Part shown: one piece after another, positions 51,407 to 62,364 of the stretch
Numbering within the stretch: the stretch's first letter is position 1
Layout of the letters: each line of letters begins with the position of its first letter
Assembly: GCA_963743305.1 (NCBI GenBank)
Contig: CAVUPH010000014.1
Coordinates: forward strand, 288,001-352,000
Direction of reading: 5' to 3'
DNA from: an uncultured delta proteobacterium
Lineage (GTDB): Bacteria; Desulfobacterota; RBG-13-43-22
Length of the DNA stretch: 64,000 nt
The notes under the pieces: model-generated
Told to the model about the DNA's origin: nothing
The model's input: only the letters and a program-made list of their open reading frames with translations
Databases searched by the model: none
Position numbers and translations under genes: made by a program

Positions 51407-51551
51407 TGATGTGTTCGCAAAAAGTTGAAAAACTCATCATTGCGAGCGTAGCGAAGCAATCCCCACCTTGGCAAGTAGCTGAATATTGGGGATTGCTTCG
51501 TCGCTTCGCTCCTCGCAATGACAGCTTTGGGGACTTTTTGCTAGGTCCTCA
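51407..51551. mobile_element. MITE/REP-like element, type A (inverted, diverged), inside the liv operon
   Basis: Reverse complement matches the 31362 and 44024 elements. CAAGCTTG occurs at both ends. Confidence 0.75.
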
Positions 51552-51620
51552 AGCTTGCCGTATTCGATATTCGGCCTTCGATGTTCATTTTTCTATTATT
51601 GAATTTAACTCGAGTCCTTA

Positions 51621-52349
51621 ATGTTGTTGGAAATTGAAAACCTGAAAGTGGCTTATGGACCCATCGAGGCCCTGCAGGGGATTTCGTTGCAGGTGGCGGA
51701 GGGGGAGATCGTTACACTGATTGGCGCCAACGGAGCCGGCAAGTCCACTACCCTGATGAGCATCATGCGACTGCCCCCACCCGAGGCCCCGACGGTTCTC
51801 TCCGGCCGACTTCAGTTTAACGGAGAAGACCTGCTCCTGTTTTCGCCCCATCAGGTGGTCAGCCGCCTGGGCTTGGCCCTGGTACCCGAGGGTCGCCGGA
51901 TCTTCGGCAACCTGACGGTCTGGGAAAACCTGAAAATAGCCGCTTTCGGGATCAAAGAGTCGCGAAAAATTCAGCAGAAGGCCCAGCGGGCTTTCGAGCT
52001 ATTTCCCCGCCTGGAGGAACGCCAGAACCAGATGGCCGACACCCTGAGCGGCGGGGAACAGCAGATGTTGGCCGTGGCCCGGGCCTTGATGACCGGGGGC
52101 AAAATGCTGCTTCTGGATGAACCCTCCATGGGGCTGGCTCCTCTTCTCATGTACGACCTCTTCCAGGTCCTCAAGGAGATCAACCGCCAGGGGACCACCA
52201 TTCTTCTGGTGGAACAGAACGCCCGCATCGCCCTCAAATACTCCCACCGGGGCTATGTCCTGGAGGCGGGGCGGATCGTCCTTTCCGGCCCGGCTCCGGA
52301 ACTGGCTAAAAACGAAGAGGTAAAAAAGGCCTATCTGGGGGAAGCATAA
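51621..52349 (+). CDS. livF: Branched-chain amino acid ABC ATPase
   Basis: Motifs GANGAGKST, VPEGRRIF, LSGGEQQMLA and LLVEQNA. Confidence 0.93.
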   Translation: MLLEIENLKVAYGPIEALQGISLQVAEGEIVTLIGANGAGKSTTLMSIMRLPPPEAPTVLSGRLQFNGEDLLLFSPHQVVSRLGLALVPEGRRIFGNLTVWENLKIAAFGIKESRKIQQKAQRAFELFPRLEERQNQMADTLSGGEQQMLAVARALMTGGKMLLLDEPSMGLAPLLMYDLFQVLKEINRQGTTILLVEQNARIALKYSHRGYVLEAGRIVLSGPAPELAKNEEVKKAYLGEA

Positions 52350-52361
52350 AGGTCATCAATT

Positions 52362-52518
52362 TGATGGACTCGCCAGAAGTCCGTCAACAGACCGAAGGCG
52401 AATGAGCCTCGGTCTGGGGTAGGGGTGGCACCATTTGAATTCACTTCAAATGGCGGGGGAGGGAGAGCCCTCCCCCGCCGAGCAGAAAGTCGTTTTTGGA
52501 CTTTTTGCGAGGTCATCA
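52362..52518. mobile_element. MITE-like element, type B
   Basis: TIRs TGATGGACTCGCCAGAAGTCC and GGACTTTTTGCGAGGTCATCA. Internal hairpins CCATTTGAATTCACTTCAAATGG and GGCGGGGGAGGG...CCCTCCCCCGCC. Second copy at 53167. Confidence 0.78.
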
Positions 52519-52521
52519 TAA

Positions 52522-53169
52522 ATGTCCCTTAAGATCAACGAAATCTTCTACAGCCTGCAGGGAGAATCTTCTTATGCCGGCCGCCCTTGCGTCTTCATCC
52601 GCTTAACCGGCTGCAACCTGCGTTGTTCCTACTGCGACACCCGGTATGCCTATGAAGAAGGAACGAAGATGGAATTTGATATGATTCTGGATCAAGTCTC
52701 CTCTTACCGCTGCCCGCTGGTCGAAATAACGGGAGGGGAACCTTTAATCCAGGCGGAGACGCCGGCACTCATCCTGCGGCTGCTGGAAAAAAGCTTTAAG
52801 GTCCTTCTGGAAACCAATGGGAGTCAAAACATTCAAGGGGTGGACGATCGGTGCGTTAAAGTAGTGGATGTGAAGTGCCCCTCCAGCGGGATGGAAGCCC
52901 AAAACGATTTGGAAAATCTTAGGAGGCTTTGTTCAACCGATGAACTTAAGTTTGTCATCGGGAACCGGATTGATTTCGAGTATGCCCGGGGAATTTTGGA
53001 TGATTACCAGCAATACTTTCCGGATAAAATCCCGGTCCACTTTTCACCGGTGTTTGGGATGTTGGAGCCAGAACTTCTGGCCCGATGGATATTAGAAGAA
53101 CACCTGGAGGTCCGCTTGCAGTTGCCGTTGCACAAAATCCTCTGGGATCCGAATCAAAGGGGCAGATGA
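52522..53169 (+). CDS. queE: 7-carboxy-7-deazaguanine synthase (radical SAM)
   Basis: Motifs EIFYSLQGE, GCNLRCSYCDT, ITGGEP, ETNG and LHK. Confidence 0.93.
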   Translation: MSLKINEIFYSLQGESSYAGRPCVFIRLTGCNLRCSYCDTRYAYEEGTKMEFDMILDQVSSYRCPLVEITGGEPLIQAETPALILRLLEKSFKVLLETNGSQNIQGVDDRCVKVVDVKCPSSGMEAQNDLENLRRLCSTDELKFVIGNRIDFEYARGILDDYQQYFPDKIPVHFSPVFGMLEPELLARWILEEHLEVRLQLPLHKILWDPNQRGR

Positions 53170-53324
53170 CGTACTCGCAAAAAGTCCGTCATCTGCCCGC
53201 GCGCGATTAAGCGCCGGGCTGGGGTAGGGGTGGAACCATTTGAATTCACTTCAAATGGCTGGGGGAGGGAAAGCCCTCCCCCGCCGAGCAGAAAGTCGTT
53301 TTTTGACTTTTTGCGAGGTTATCA
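53167..53324. mobile_element. MITE-like element, type B, filling the queE-queC gap
   Basis: Same TIRs and internal hairpins as 52362-52518. Confidence 0.78.
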
Positions 53325-53325
53325 G

Positions 53326-54018
53326 ATGAACAACGAGAAAAAAGCGGTCGTCCTTTCCAGCGGGGGCCTGGATTCCACCACGGTCATGGCCCTGGCCCGC
53401 TCGGAAGGATTTACCCTTTACAGCCTCAGCTTCCGCTACGGCCAACGACATGCCCGGGAGTTGGAGGCTGCCCAACGGGTGGCTCGGGCACTGGGGGCCA
53501 AAGAGCATCTGGTGATCGATATCGATTTGGGGAAAATCGGGGGATCCGCTCTGACAGAAAATATGGATGTCCCCAAGGGCCGGAAAGAATCGGCGATGAC
53601 TCAGGAAATCCCGGTGACCTACGTTCCGGCCCGCAATACCATTTTTCTCTCCCTGGCCCTGGGCTGGGCCGAAGTGCTGGGGGCGGCGGATATCTTTATC
53701 GGGGTGAACGCCCTCGATTACAGCGGATATCCGGACTGTCGTCCCGAATATATCGCGGCCTTCGAACGACTGGCCAATCTGGCCACCAAGGCCGGGGTGG
53801 AAGGAAAAATAAAATTCCGGATCCAGACGCCTTTAATCCGGCTCACCAAGGCGGAAATTATTCGAAAAGGGTTGGCCCTGGGAGTGGACTATGGCCTGAC
53901 GCACAGTTGCTACGACCCGGCACCCGACGGCCGGGCCTGCGGTCAGTGCGACAGTTGCCTTCTCCGGAAAAAGGGCTTCCGCGAGGTCGGCCTGCCTGAT
54001 CCTGTTTCTTATCTATAA
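53326..54018 (+). CDS. queC: 7-cyano-7-deazaguanine synthase
   Basis: Motifs SGGLDS, YGQRH, TYVPARN, YPDCR and SCY...CGQCDSC. Confidence 0.95.
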   Translation: MNNEKKAVVLSSGGLDSTTVMALARSEGFTLYSLSFRYGQRHARELEAAQRVARALGAKEHLVIDIDLGKIGGSALTENMDVPKGRKESAMTQEIPVTYVPARNTIFLSLALGWAEVLGAADIFIGVNALDYSGYPDCRPEYIAAFERLANLATKAGVEGKIKFRIQTPLIRLTKAEIIRKGLALGVDYGLTHSCYDPAPDGRACGQCDSCLLRKKGFREVGLPDPVSYL

Positions 54019-54131
54019 AAAGTATTCGACCGGCGGTTCAAATAGACATTTTATATTGGGGGGTTCTTTGGAGGAAAAAATCCTGATTGGCGGAGCGGGA
54101 TCCTGGCCGGCCAGATCAAAAGGAAGGTGCT

Positions 54132-54425
54132 GTGCTGGAAACTAAACGGCTTTTTGACCCGGGCGACGGCGTGCGGAATTTCCAGGGGCAGTGTGGTCTG
54201 GTGCTTTCTCCCACGGAGTACAAGAACGTTAAATCCCGGTACCCGGAAGGGAGGCGGCCGGGTTCATTTTTCGCGCCCGGCTGTTGCCCTTCGCTTGATT
54301 ACCTTACCCAGGTGCCGGTATTGTTTGAAGATGGAACCTATGATGTCATGAAGGCCATGAACCTTCGGAAGGACCAGGACTTATCCGGAGAGAAAAAGAA
54401 GCAGTTGCAAAAAATGCTGGCTTAG
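54132..54425 (+). CDS. Hypothetical protein
   Basis: AAGGAAGG RBS before GTG; coherent 97-aa ORF containing FAPGCC and QVPVLFEDGTYDVM. Confidence 0.55.
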   Translation: MLETKRLFDPGDGVRNFQGQCGLVLSPTEYKNVKSRYPEGRRPGSFFAPGCCPSLDYLTQVPVLFEDGTYDVMKAMNLRKDQDLSGEKKKQLQKMLA

Positions 54426-54447
54426 TGTCTCCGGTTTCCGCCAGGCC

Positions 54448-54924
54448 CTATTTCGGGCCGTGAAAGGGACTGGCGGAGGGCGCGGTTCTCGGATCAGAGG
54501 TGAATTTTCTGACCCGGATCAAATCCCCCTTCGCCTGGAGCTGGCCACTGGGCAGGTACCAAAAAAATTCCAGTCTATCCGGCTGCATCTGAATCAGGCG
54601 GATGCTCCCCTGGTCGATACACTCCTTTCCATACCTTATGTTTTCCCGAAACCGGGCCCCCGTTTCCGATTGTTCGAGCAGGAGTAGATCTCCCCCGCAC
54701 TTTAAGGAAGGATAGCTTATGGCGCAGGCCCCGGAGGGTTCGACCCGAAGCTCAATGGTCCAACTTTCACCGCTGTATTGGGATCCGTTCCCTTTCCACT
54801 CCCCGACAATTTTTTGCGTTAATTCGGCCTGAACGCCCGGAGCAGTGATCAGCAGAATTCCAAAAAGGCCCAAGATCCATCCGATTCTCCCAGAAGTCAT
54901 TTGAATGGACCGTATTCGGTCCAT
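54448..54924 (-). CDS. Hypothetical secreted beta-rich protein
   Basis: Signal peptide (VQA|E); GEWKGNG, YPSLKCGG and CIDQG. Confidence 0.65.
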   Translation of the reverse strand: MDRIRSIQMTSGRIGWILGLFGILLITAPGVQAELTQKIVGEWKGNGSQYSGESWTIELRVEPSGACAISYPSLKCGGDLLLLEQSETGARFRENIRYGKECIDQGSIRLIQMQPDRLEFFWYLPSGQLQAKGDLIRVRKFTSDPRTAPSASPFHGPK

Positions 54925-54925
54925 T

Positions 54926-55303
54926 CTATATTTTCCCGCTGCCGATCAACGGAAGTTCCTGCACGACCTGGAAATAAACCAAAAATTTTGGCTCCAGATC
55001 ATCATCGGCGTACTGGCGGCGCTTAAGCGCCTTGATCTTCTCCGGGTCCTGTTCTTCCCGCACCTTGGCCATATAAAGACGTTTTCCCTGGTAACCGGAA
55101 GCGTTTTCAATGAAAAGATAAGTGGCCTGGGGGTTGGATTGAAGATTGCGATGGGTCAATCGGTCCCGCATGATGAAGGCCAGGGTGCCGTCTTCCATGA
55201 CGTGGGGCCGGGAATATACCGCGGCGTCCACTTTGCCTTGGGCATCGGCCGTGGTCAGAATGCCGGTCCCCCGGGTGTTCTCAAAATACGCTTTCCGTTC
55301 CAT
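54926..55303 (-). CDS. Pyridoxamine 5'-phosphate oxidase-like FMN-binding protein
   Basis: Motifs LTTADAQGKVDAAVYSRP and THRNLQSNPQA; AGGAGG RBS. Confidence 0.8.
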   Translation of the reverse strand: MERKAYFENTRGTGILTTADAQGKVDAAVYSRPHVMEDGTLAFIMRDRLTHRNLQSNPQATYLFIENASGYQGKRLYMAKVREEQDPEKIKALKRRQYADDDLEPKFLVYFQVVQELPLIGSGKI

Positions 55304-55498
55304 AATGATCCTCCTGGTCAACTCACATCAAGATCGAAGATGAGCTATTAACTTAATCATTGTCCCCCTCAACCGCAAGTGCTCCTAATTTATCCCTTGG
55401 TCCTTGCCAGACCGACCACTTTTCAGTATAGTTCAGGATTCGGAAACCAGACCGCGGGAAACCCGACTTTTCCATTCTACCTAAAGGAAAATACCATC

Positions 55499-56005
55499 AT
55501 GGAAGGGAAAAAAATTAAAGACAGCCTGGTCACCCTGGCCCAAGTGATGATCCCCGAGGACGCCAACCCGGCCGGTAATGTGCACGGAGGGGTGATTATG
55601 AAGTTGATTGATACCACGGCCGGCGTGGTGGCCGTCCGCCATGCCCGCTGCAATGTGGTGACCGCGTCCATCGACCGGCTTGATTTTCACAATCCGGTTT
55701 TTGTCGGCAACCTGGTCTTCTTCAAGGGCAGCCTGAACATGGTGGGTAAAACCTCCATGGAAGTCGGGGTGCGGGTGGAGGCCGAGAATGTCCTGACCGG
55801 TGAGGTACGCCATACCGCTTCCGCCTACCTGACCTTCGTGGCCTTGGATACCCGGGGCAAGCCCCACCCGGTCCCTCCTCTTCTTTTTGAAACCGAGGAA
55901 GAGGTCCGTCGCAACCGGGAAGCCCAGGTGCGCCGGGAGATCCGCCTGGCGGAAAAAAAGCGCGAAGCCGCCTGCCAGCAGGATGGTCAAAGTTGCCCTC
56001 TTTAG
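55499..56005 (+). CDS. Hotdog-fold acyl-CoA thioesterase (YciA-like)
   Basis: Motifs DANPAGNVHGGVIMKLID, VVTASID and TSMEVGVRV. Confidence 0.9.
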   Translation: MEGKKIKDSLVTLAQVMIPEDANPAGNVHGGVIMKLIDTTAGVVAVRHARCNVVTASIDRLDFHNPVFVGNLVFFKGSLNMVGKTSMEVGVRVEAENVLTGEVRHTASAYLTFVALDTRGKPHPVPPLLFETEEEVRRNREAQVRREIRLAEKKREAACQQDGQSCPL

Positions 56006-56062
56006 CTCCCCCAAAATCTTTTGAAGAACGGCGTCACTTCTGATTTAGGCCGTCCTTTTAAA

Positions 56063-56096
56063 GCAAAAAAAGGCAGGTCCGGAGACCTGCCTTTTC
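56063..56096. terminator. Bidirectional intrinsic terminator between the thioesterase gene and atpC
   Basis: AAAAAAAGGCAGGTC-CGGA-GACCTGCCTTTT hairpin with flanking A and T tracts. Confidence 0.8.
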
Positions 56097-56126
56097 AATT
56101 CAAACGGGGCTAGGAGCAAAGTTAGA

Positions 56127-56537
56127 TTAATGACCTCGTTCCGCCACCTTGAGGCGCAGCAGGGCGCGGCGCAGGGCCGCCTCCGCCCGGAGATGATCGA
56201 TGGCTTCAGACTTGGCCAGGGCCAAACGTTTTTCGGCCCGCTCTTTGGCCCGCTTGGCCCGATCCAGATCGATCTCCCGGGCCCTTTCGGCCGCTTCGGC
56301 CAGGACAGTCACCTTGTTCTGAGAGACTTCGACAAAGCCTCCGGTGACCACCATATAGTCCAGTTGGTTGTCCTTCCGGTAGCGAAGCTCGCCCGGCAAC
56401 AAGGGCGTCAGAAAAGGGACATGGTTGGGCAGGATGCCGAACTCACCCAAACTACCTATGGCCATGACAATATCCACCGTCTCGCTGAGTACCAGGCGAT
56501 CGGGGGTCACAACCTCTAATTGGAGTTTTTCAGCCAT
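56127..56537 (-). CDS. atpC: ATP synthase F1 epsilon
   Basis: Motifs [18 protein letters not shown] and GGFVEV. Confidence 0.96.
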   Translation of the reverse strand: MAEKLQLEVVTPDRLVLSETVDIVMAIGSLGEFGILPNHVPFLTPLLPGELRYRKDNQLDYMVVTGGFVEVSQNKVTVLAEAAERAREIDLDRAKRAKERAEKRLALAKSEAIDHLRAEAALRRALLRLKVAERGH

Positions 56538-56561
56538 AATTGCTATCCGCCTCTTTTGTTG

Positions 56562-58010
<1,449 letters not shown>

Positions 58011-58036
58011 TTAAGAGTATACCGATTCGGTTATTA

Positions 58037-58903
58037 TTACTTGAGGGCCTCGGCGCCGCCCACGATGTCCATCAATTCCTTGGTAATGGCGCTCTGCCGG
58101 GCCTTGTTATACACTAAGGTCAGGCTGTTGATCAGATCCTTGCAGTTCCGGCTGGCATTATCCATGGCCGCCATTCGGGCCGCCTGCTCGCTGGCGGAAT
58201 TTTCCAGCATCCCCCGGTAGATCTGGACGTTCACATAACGGGGAAGCAATTCCTGAAAAATGGCCTCGGGGGACGGCTCAAAAAGATAATCCGGGCCGCC
58301 GGTCTGGGTCCCTTCAGCCGCCGGGGGAGTAATGGGCAACAGTTTCTGAAGCTTGGGCCGCTGGATCGCCAGACTGATGAATTCACCGTACAACAAGTAG
58401 ACCTCGTCGGCCTGGCCCAGCAAAAAGTTTTCCATGGCCCCCTGGCCGATGGTGGCGGCTACGGTCATATCGAAAGAACTGAACAGATCCGTATAGGCAT
58501 TGCGGACGCTGGCTTTTCGACGGCGGAAATAATCGGATCCTTTCTTGCCGACCGTAACCAAGGAGACCTCTATCTGTTCCCGGACTTTGGCTTTCCAGAA
58601 TTTTTCCGCCTGGTTGATCAGATTGACGTTGAAGCTGCCGCAGAGACCGCGGTCCGCGGTCAGACTGATCAGTTCAACTTTCTTAACCGGGCGCTGGGCC
58701 ATCAGCGGGAAGGACTCCGGATCGATCCGCGAAGACAGGTTATTGATCACTTCCAGGAACTTGGAGGCGTAGGGGCGGAAATTCTCCATACGCATCTGGG
58801 CGCCGCGCAGTTTGGACGCGGCGACCATGTTCATGGCCTTGGTGATCTGCTGGGTCTTTTTGACGGCCCCAATTTTGCTTCTTATATCACGAAGGGTAGC
58901 CAT
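58037..58903 (-). CDS. atpG: ATP synthase F1 gamma
   Basis: Motifs ITKAMNMVAASK, DRGLCGSFN and NKARQSAITKEL. Confidence 0.97.
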   Translation of the reverse strand: MATLRDIRSKIGAVKKTQQITKAMNMVAASKLRGAQMRMENFRPYASKFLEVINNLSSRIDPESFPLMAQRPVKKVELISLTADRGLCGSFNVNLINQAEKFWKAKVREQIEVSLVTVGKKGSDYFRRRKASVRNAYTDLFSSFDMTVAATIGQGAMENFLLGQADEVYLLYGEFISLAIQRPKLQKLLPITPPAAEGTQTGGPDYLFEPSPEAIFQELLPRYVNVQIYRGMLENSASEQAARMAAMDNASRNCKDLINSLTLVYNKARQSAITKELMDIVGGAEALK

Positions 58904-59001
58904 AGTGGCCTCTCTTTTGTTAGCTATTAGCGGTTAGCCGTGGGCGATCAGCTTTTGTGATCGCCATCCGGGCTGCCGGCCGACACCTGAACGCGGACGG
59001 C

Positions 59002-60519
59002 CTATTTCAATTGGGCCTGAAACTGAGTTTTGACCTCACCCAGGGCCTTTTTCATTTTTTCTTCCAGGTCGGGACTGATCTCCTTCTTTTCCTTGATCTC
59101 GGAAAAAATTTCCGGATACTTGCCCTCGATGAAAGACAGCAATTGGGGTTCGAAATCCTTCAGCACGTCAACGGCCAGGTCATCAAAGAAACCCCGGGTC
59201 CCGGCAAAAAGGACCGTGATCATTTTTTCCATGGGAATGGGCTGATACTGGGGTTGTTTGAGGATTTCGACCAGGCGGGCCCCGCGGTTAAGCTGGGCCT
59301 GAGTGGACTTGTCCAACTCACTGCCGAACTGAGCAAAGGCGGCCAGTTCCCGGTACTGGGCCAGATCCAGCCGCAAACTGCCGGCTACCTGTTTCATGGC
59401 CTTAACCTGCGCGCTGCCGCCCACACGGGAGACGGAGAGACCCACGTTGATGGCCGGACGAACCCCGGAGAAAAACAGACTGGGTTCCAGGTAGACCTGA
59501 CCGTCGGTAATGGAAATCACGTTGGTGGGGATATAGGCCGAGACGTCGCCGGCCTGGGTTTCAATAATCGGTAGGGCCGTTAAACTCCCGCCGCCTAAAT
59601 CCTCGCGCATCTTGGCGGCCCGTTCGAGTAGACGGGAATGGTTGTAAAAGATATCGCCGGGGAAAGCTTCGCGCCCGGGCGGCCGGCGGAGCAACAGAGA
59701 CATCTGCCGGTAGGCCACGGCCTGCTTGGAAAGATCGTCGTAAATAACCAGCGCATGACGGCCGCCGTCCCGGAAGTATTCTCCCATGGTGCAGCCGGCA
59801 AAAGCGGCGATATACTGCATGGGGGCCGGGTCGCTGGCGCAGGCCGCCACTACCACGGTCTTATCCAACACACCGTGACGGCGCAACGCTTCCACTACCT
59901 GGGCCACAGTGGATTTCTTCTGCCCGATGGCCACGTATATACAAAATATGTCCGAATCCTTCTGGTTGATGATGGCATCCACGCAGAGCGCCGTTTTCCC
60001 GATCTGGCGGTCGCCAATGATCAGCTCCCGCTGCCCTCGGCCGATAGGGGTCATGGCGTCAATGGCCTTGTAGCCCGTGTACATAGGTTCCTTCACCGGC
60101 TGCCGTTCAATAACCCCGGGGGCCTTTAATTCGATTTTTCGAAATTCCTTGGCATTGATCGGGCCTTTCCCGTCGATCGGTTCCCCCACGGCATCAATAA
60201 CCCGTCCCAGGACGGCCTCACCGACCGGGACTTCCGCGATACGACCGGTTCGCTTGACCGTATCGCCTTCTTTGATGTGGAAATCCTCGCCCAGAACGGC
60301 ACAGCCCACATTGTCTTCCTCGAGGTTAAGGGCCACCCCGTAGATACCTCCTGGAAACTCGAGCAATTCCATGGCCATGGTCTTTTCCACGCCATAGACC
60401 CGGGCGATACCATCCCCTACGGAGAGGACGGTCCCCGTTTCGCTCAGTTCGACCTTCTTGTCGAAATCCTTGATCTGTTGCCTAATAACCTGACTGATTT
60501 CTTCGGCTCTGATATCCAT
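59002..60519 (-). CDS. atpA: ATP synthase F1 alpha
   Basis: Motifs [15 protein letters not shown] and [10 protein letters not shown]. Confidence 0.98.
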   Translation of the reverse strand: MDIRAEEISQVIRQQIKDFDKKVELSETGTVLSVGDGIARVYGVEKTMAMELLEFPGGIYGVALNLEEDNVGCAVLGEDFHIKEGDTVKRTGRIAEVPVGEAVLGRVIDAVGEPIDGKGPINAKEFRKIELKAPGVIERQPVKEPMYTGYKAIDAMTPIGRGQRELIIGDRQIGKTALCVDAIINQKDSDIFCIYVAIGQKKSTVAQVVEALRRHGVLDKTVVVAACASDPAPMQYIAAFAGCTMGEYFRDGGRHALVIYDDLSKQAVAYRQMSLLLRRPPGREAFPGDIFYNHSRLLERAAKMREDLGGGSLTALPIIETQAGDVSAYIPTNVISITDGQVYLEPSLFFSGVRPAINVGLSVSRVGGSAQVKAMKQVAGSLRLDLAQYRELAAFAQFGSELDKSTQAQLNRGARLVEILKQPQYQPIPMEKMITVLFAGTRGFFDDLAVDVLKDFEPQLLSFIEGKYPEIFSEIKEKKEISPDLEEKMKKALGEVKTQFQAQLK

Positions 60520-60520
60520 A

Positions 60521-61072
60521 TTAGATCCCCTCACCCCTTCTTAAGGATTCTTTTAAGCTCTTGAGTTGTGTCTGCAGGCTACCGTCAAAAAGCAGGTCCC
60601 CCACCTGAGCAACGATACCCCCGATGATCCCCGGGTCCTGTTTGACGGTAACCAATACATCTTTTTTAACGATCTGTTTCAAGGCCTCCTGAATGCGGTT
60701 GATAATATCTTCGGAAAGCTTGGTGGCAGCGGTCACCACGGCCCGGGTGACATTGGATAATTCATCGGTGAGCTGCTGGTAGTACCGGCAGATCCCATCC
60801 AGGTATCCGAGGCGGCCTTTGCTCTGCAGTAGTTGCAGAAAGCTCTTGGTGGTTGGTGAAAAATCGGTTTTCTCCAAGATCATTTTGAGCAGTGTGGTCC
60901 GGCTGGTGGACTCATAGATAGGGCTGGCCAGGATTTCTTTTACCTGGCTTTCCTGTTGCAGTAAATTGCGAAAGGCCTCCAATTCCTGCCCATAACGGAG
61001 ATAATTTCCGTCTTCCTGGCCTAAAAAAAGGAGGGCCTTGGCGTAGCGTCTGGAAATAGTGAAGTCTCTCAA
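60521..61072 (-). CDS. atpH: ATP synthase F1 delta
   Basis: Motifs RRYAKAL, DPGIIGG and DGSLQTQL; position in the operon. Confidence 0.95.
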   Translation of the reverse strand: MRDFTISRRYAKALLFLGQEDGNYLRYGQELEAFRNLLQQESQVKEILASPIYESTSRTTLLKMILEKTDFSPTTKSFLQLLQSKGRLGYLDGICRYYQQLTDELSNVTRAVVTAATKLSEDIINRIQEALKQIVKKDVLVTVKQDPGIIGGIVAQVGDLLFDGSLQTQLKSLKESLRRGEGI

Positions 61073-61713
61073 TGGGTCACCACCTTTGCTAAGTATTCGC
61101 CGATCAATATTTTTTGGTCGTTATCGTTGATATTCTTGCGAAGAATGTCTTCGGCCATTTTGACGGACAGTTCCGCCACCTCTTCCCGCAGCGCCTGGTT
61201 GGACTTCTGGATTTCCTGCTGGATGGTCAACTGGGCCTGCTCCACGATCCGAGAGGCCGTTTTTTCGGCGCTCTCAATGATCTTGGCCTTTTCACGTTCC
61301 CCTTCTTTTTTGAATTCTTTGACGATGGCCTCCCGTTCTTCTTTCAAGGCCCCCAGACGGGTTTCAAAATTCTGGAGTTCCCGCTTGGCATCCGCTTTTT
61401 TCTGTTCCAGTTCGTCCAATTCCTTCTGGATGTTTTCCCGGCGGCCGGCCAGACCTTGTTTCAGCGGCTTGCGCACCAGGACAACCAAGACCACAAAAAA
61501 GATAATGAAGTTGACGCTGCGCCAAAACAAACCCCACAGCCTTTCCGCGGATTCTCCCCCGCCGGCCGCCTCGCCACCATGCCCGCCGGAAGCGGCATAG
61601 ACCAGGCTGATGTTTAGAAGAAGGAATAACAGAAGGGGCAATAATAAAAGGAGGTGTTGGCTAAAACGGTGCTGCGTATTAAGTTTCCTAATCCTCTTCA
61701 TCCGAACGGCCAT
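61069..61713 (-). CDS. atpF: ATP synthase F0 subunit b
   Basis: N-terminal extension, TM segment WRSVNFIIF and charged coiled coil. Confidence 0.9.
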   Translation of the reverse strand: MAVRMKRIRKLNTQHRFSQHLLLLLPLLLFLLLNISLVYAASGGHGGEAAGGGESAERLWGLFWRSVNFIIFFVVLVVLVRKPLKQGLAGRRENIQKELDELEQKKADAKRELQNFETRLGALKEEREAIVKEFKKEGEREKAKIIESAEKTASRIVEQAQLTIQQEIQKSNQALREEVAELSVKMAEDILRKNINDNDQKILIGEYLAKVVTH

Positions 61714-62138
61714 TAAATGGTCCTCCCTAAGATTTTCTGGGCGATTTCCTGGGAAAAGGCGGCCATGTCCCCGGTCAGGCTTTTCCGGGCAGCCTCCAGT
61801 TGTTGGGCAATTTTTGAGCGGGCCTGGGTCAGCTCGCCGTCCACTTTCAGGTTGGCGGCCTGGACCAGCTTTTTTTCCTCCTCCTGGGCATCCAGTTTAA
61901 GCAGGTTCTTTTGCTCCATACCGGCCTTCCGGGCCTGTTGAATCTGTTCCTGAACCTCTTTTTCCTTCTGGCGCAGATTTTCTTGAACGGCAGTGCATTC
62001 CGAGGCCAATAAACCCATTTTTTCAGAACGCTGTTTAAGAATGGTCCGGATCGGTTTGTAGAGGAGGATGTTTAAGATCCACATTAAAAGAAGAATATTG
62101 ATGAGTTGAATAAAAAGAGACAGGTTAATGTCTATCAT
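61713..62138 (-). CDS. atpF2: ATP synthase F0 subunit b'
   Basis: Motif SLFIQLINILLLMWILNILLYKPI and coiled coil; precedes atpF. Confidence 0.9.
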   Translation of the reverse strand: MIDINLSLFIQLINILLLMWILNILLYKPIRTILKQRSEKMGLLASECTAVQENLRQKEKEVQEQIQQARKAGMEQKNLLKLDAQEEEKKLVQAANLKVDGELTQARSKIAQQLEAARKSLTGDMAAFSQEIAQKILGRTI

Positions 62139-62364
62139 CTGGATAACCCTTTCATCTTGTTGTGGATAAGAATATGCGGCGCGCCCGGGCGGTGAAAATG
62201 ATTTTTTTCACACGGCGCAAACGGATGAACTATTATCGTATTTTTAGATATATGTCAAAGGTTTTTTTACAAAAACCGACTTTAATTTAGTCACATTATC
62301 TAGAATTGAAATCTTCTTCAGGCACAACATCTGGTATCCTCTAGGTCCATAACCCTCCTGATGG

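Noticed and set aside
52522-54018. queE-queC as part of a 7-deazaguanine DNA-modification (dpd) defence island
   Set aside because: No dpdA/tgt-like or other dpd genes are nearby. The context is housekeeping, consistent with tRNA queuosine synthesis.
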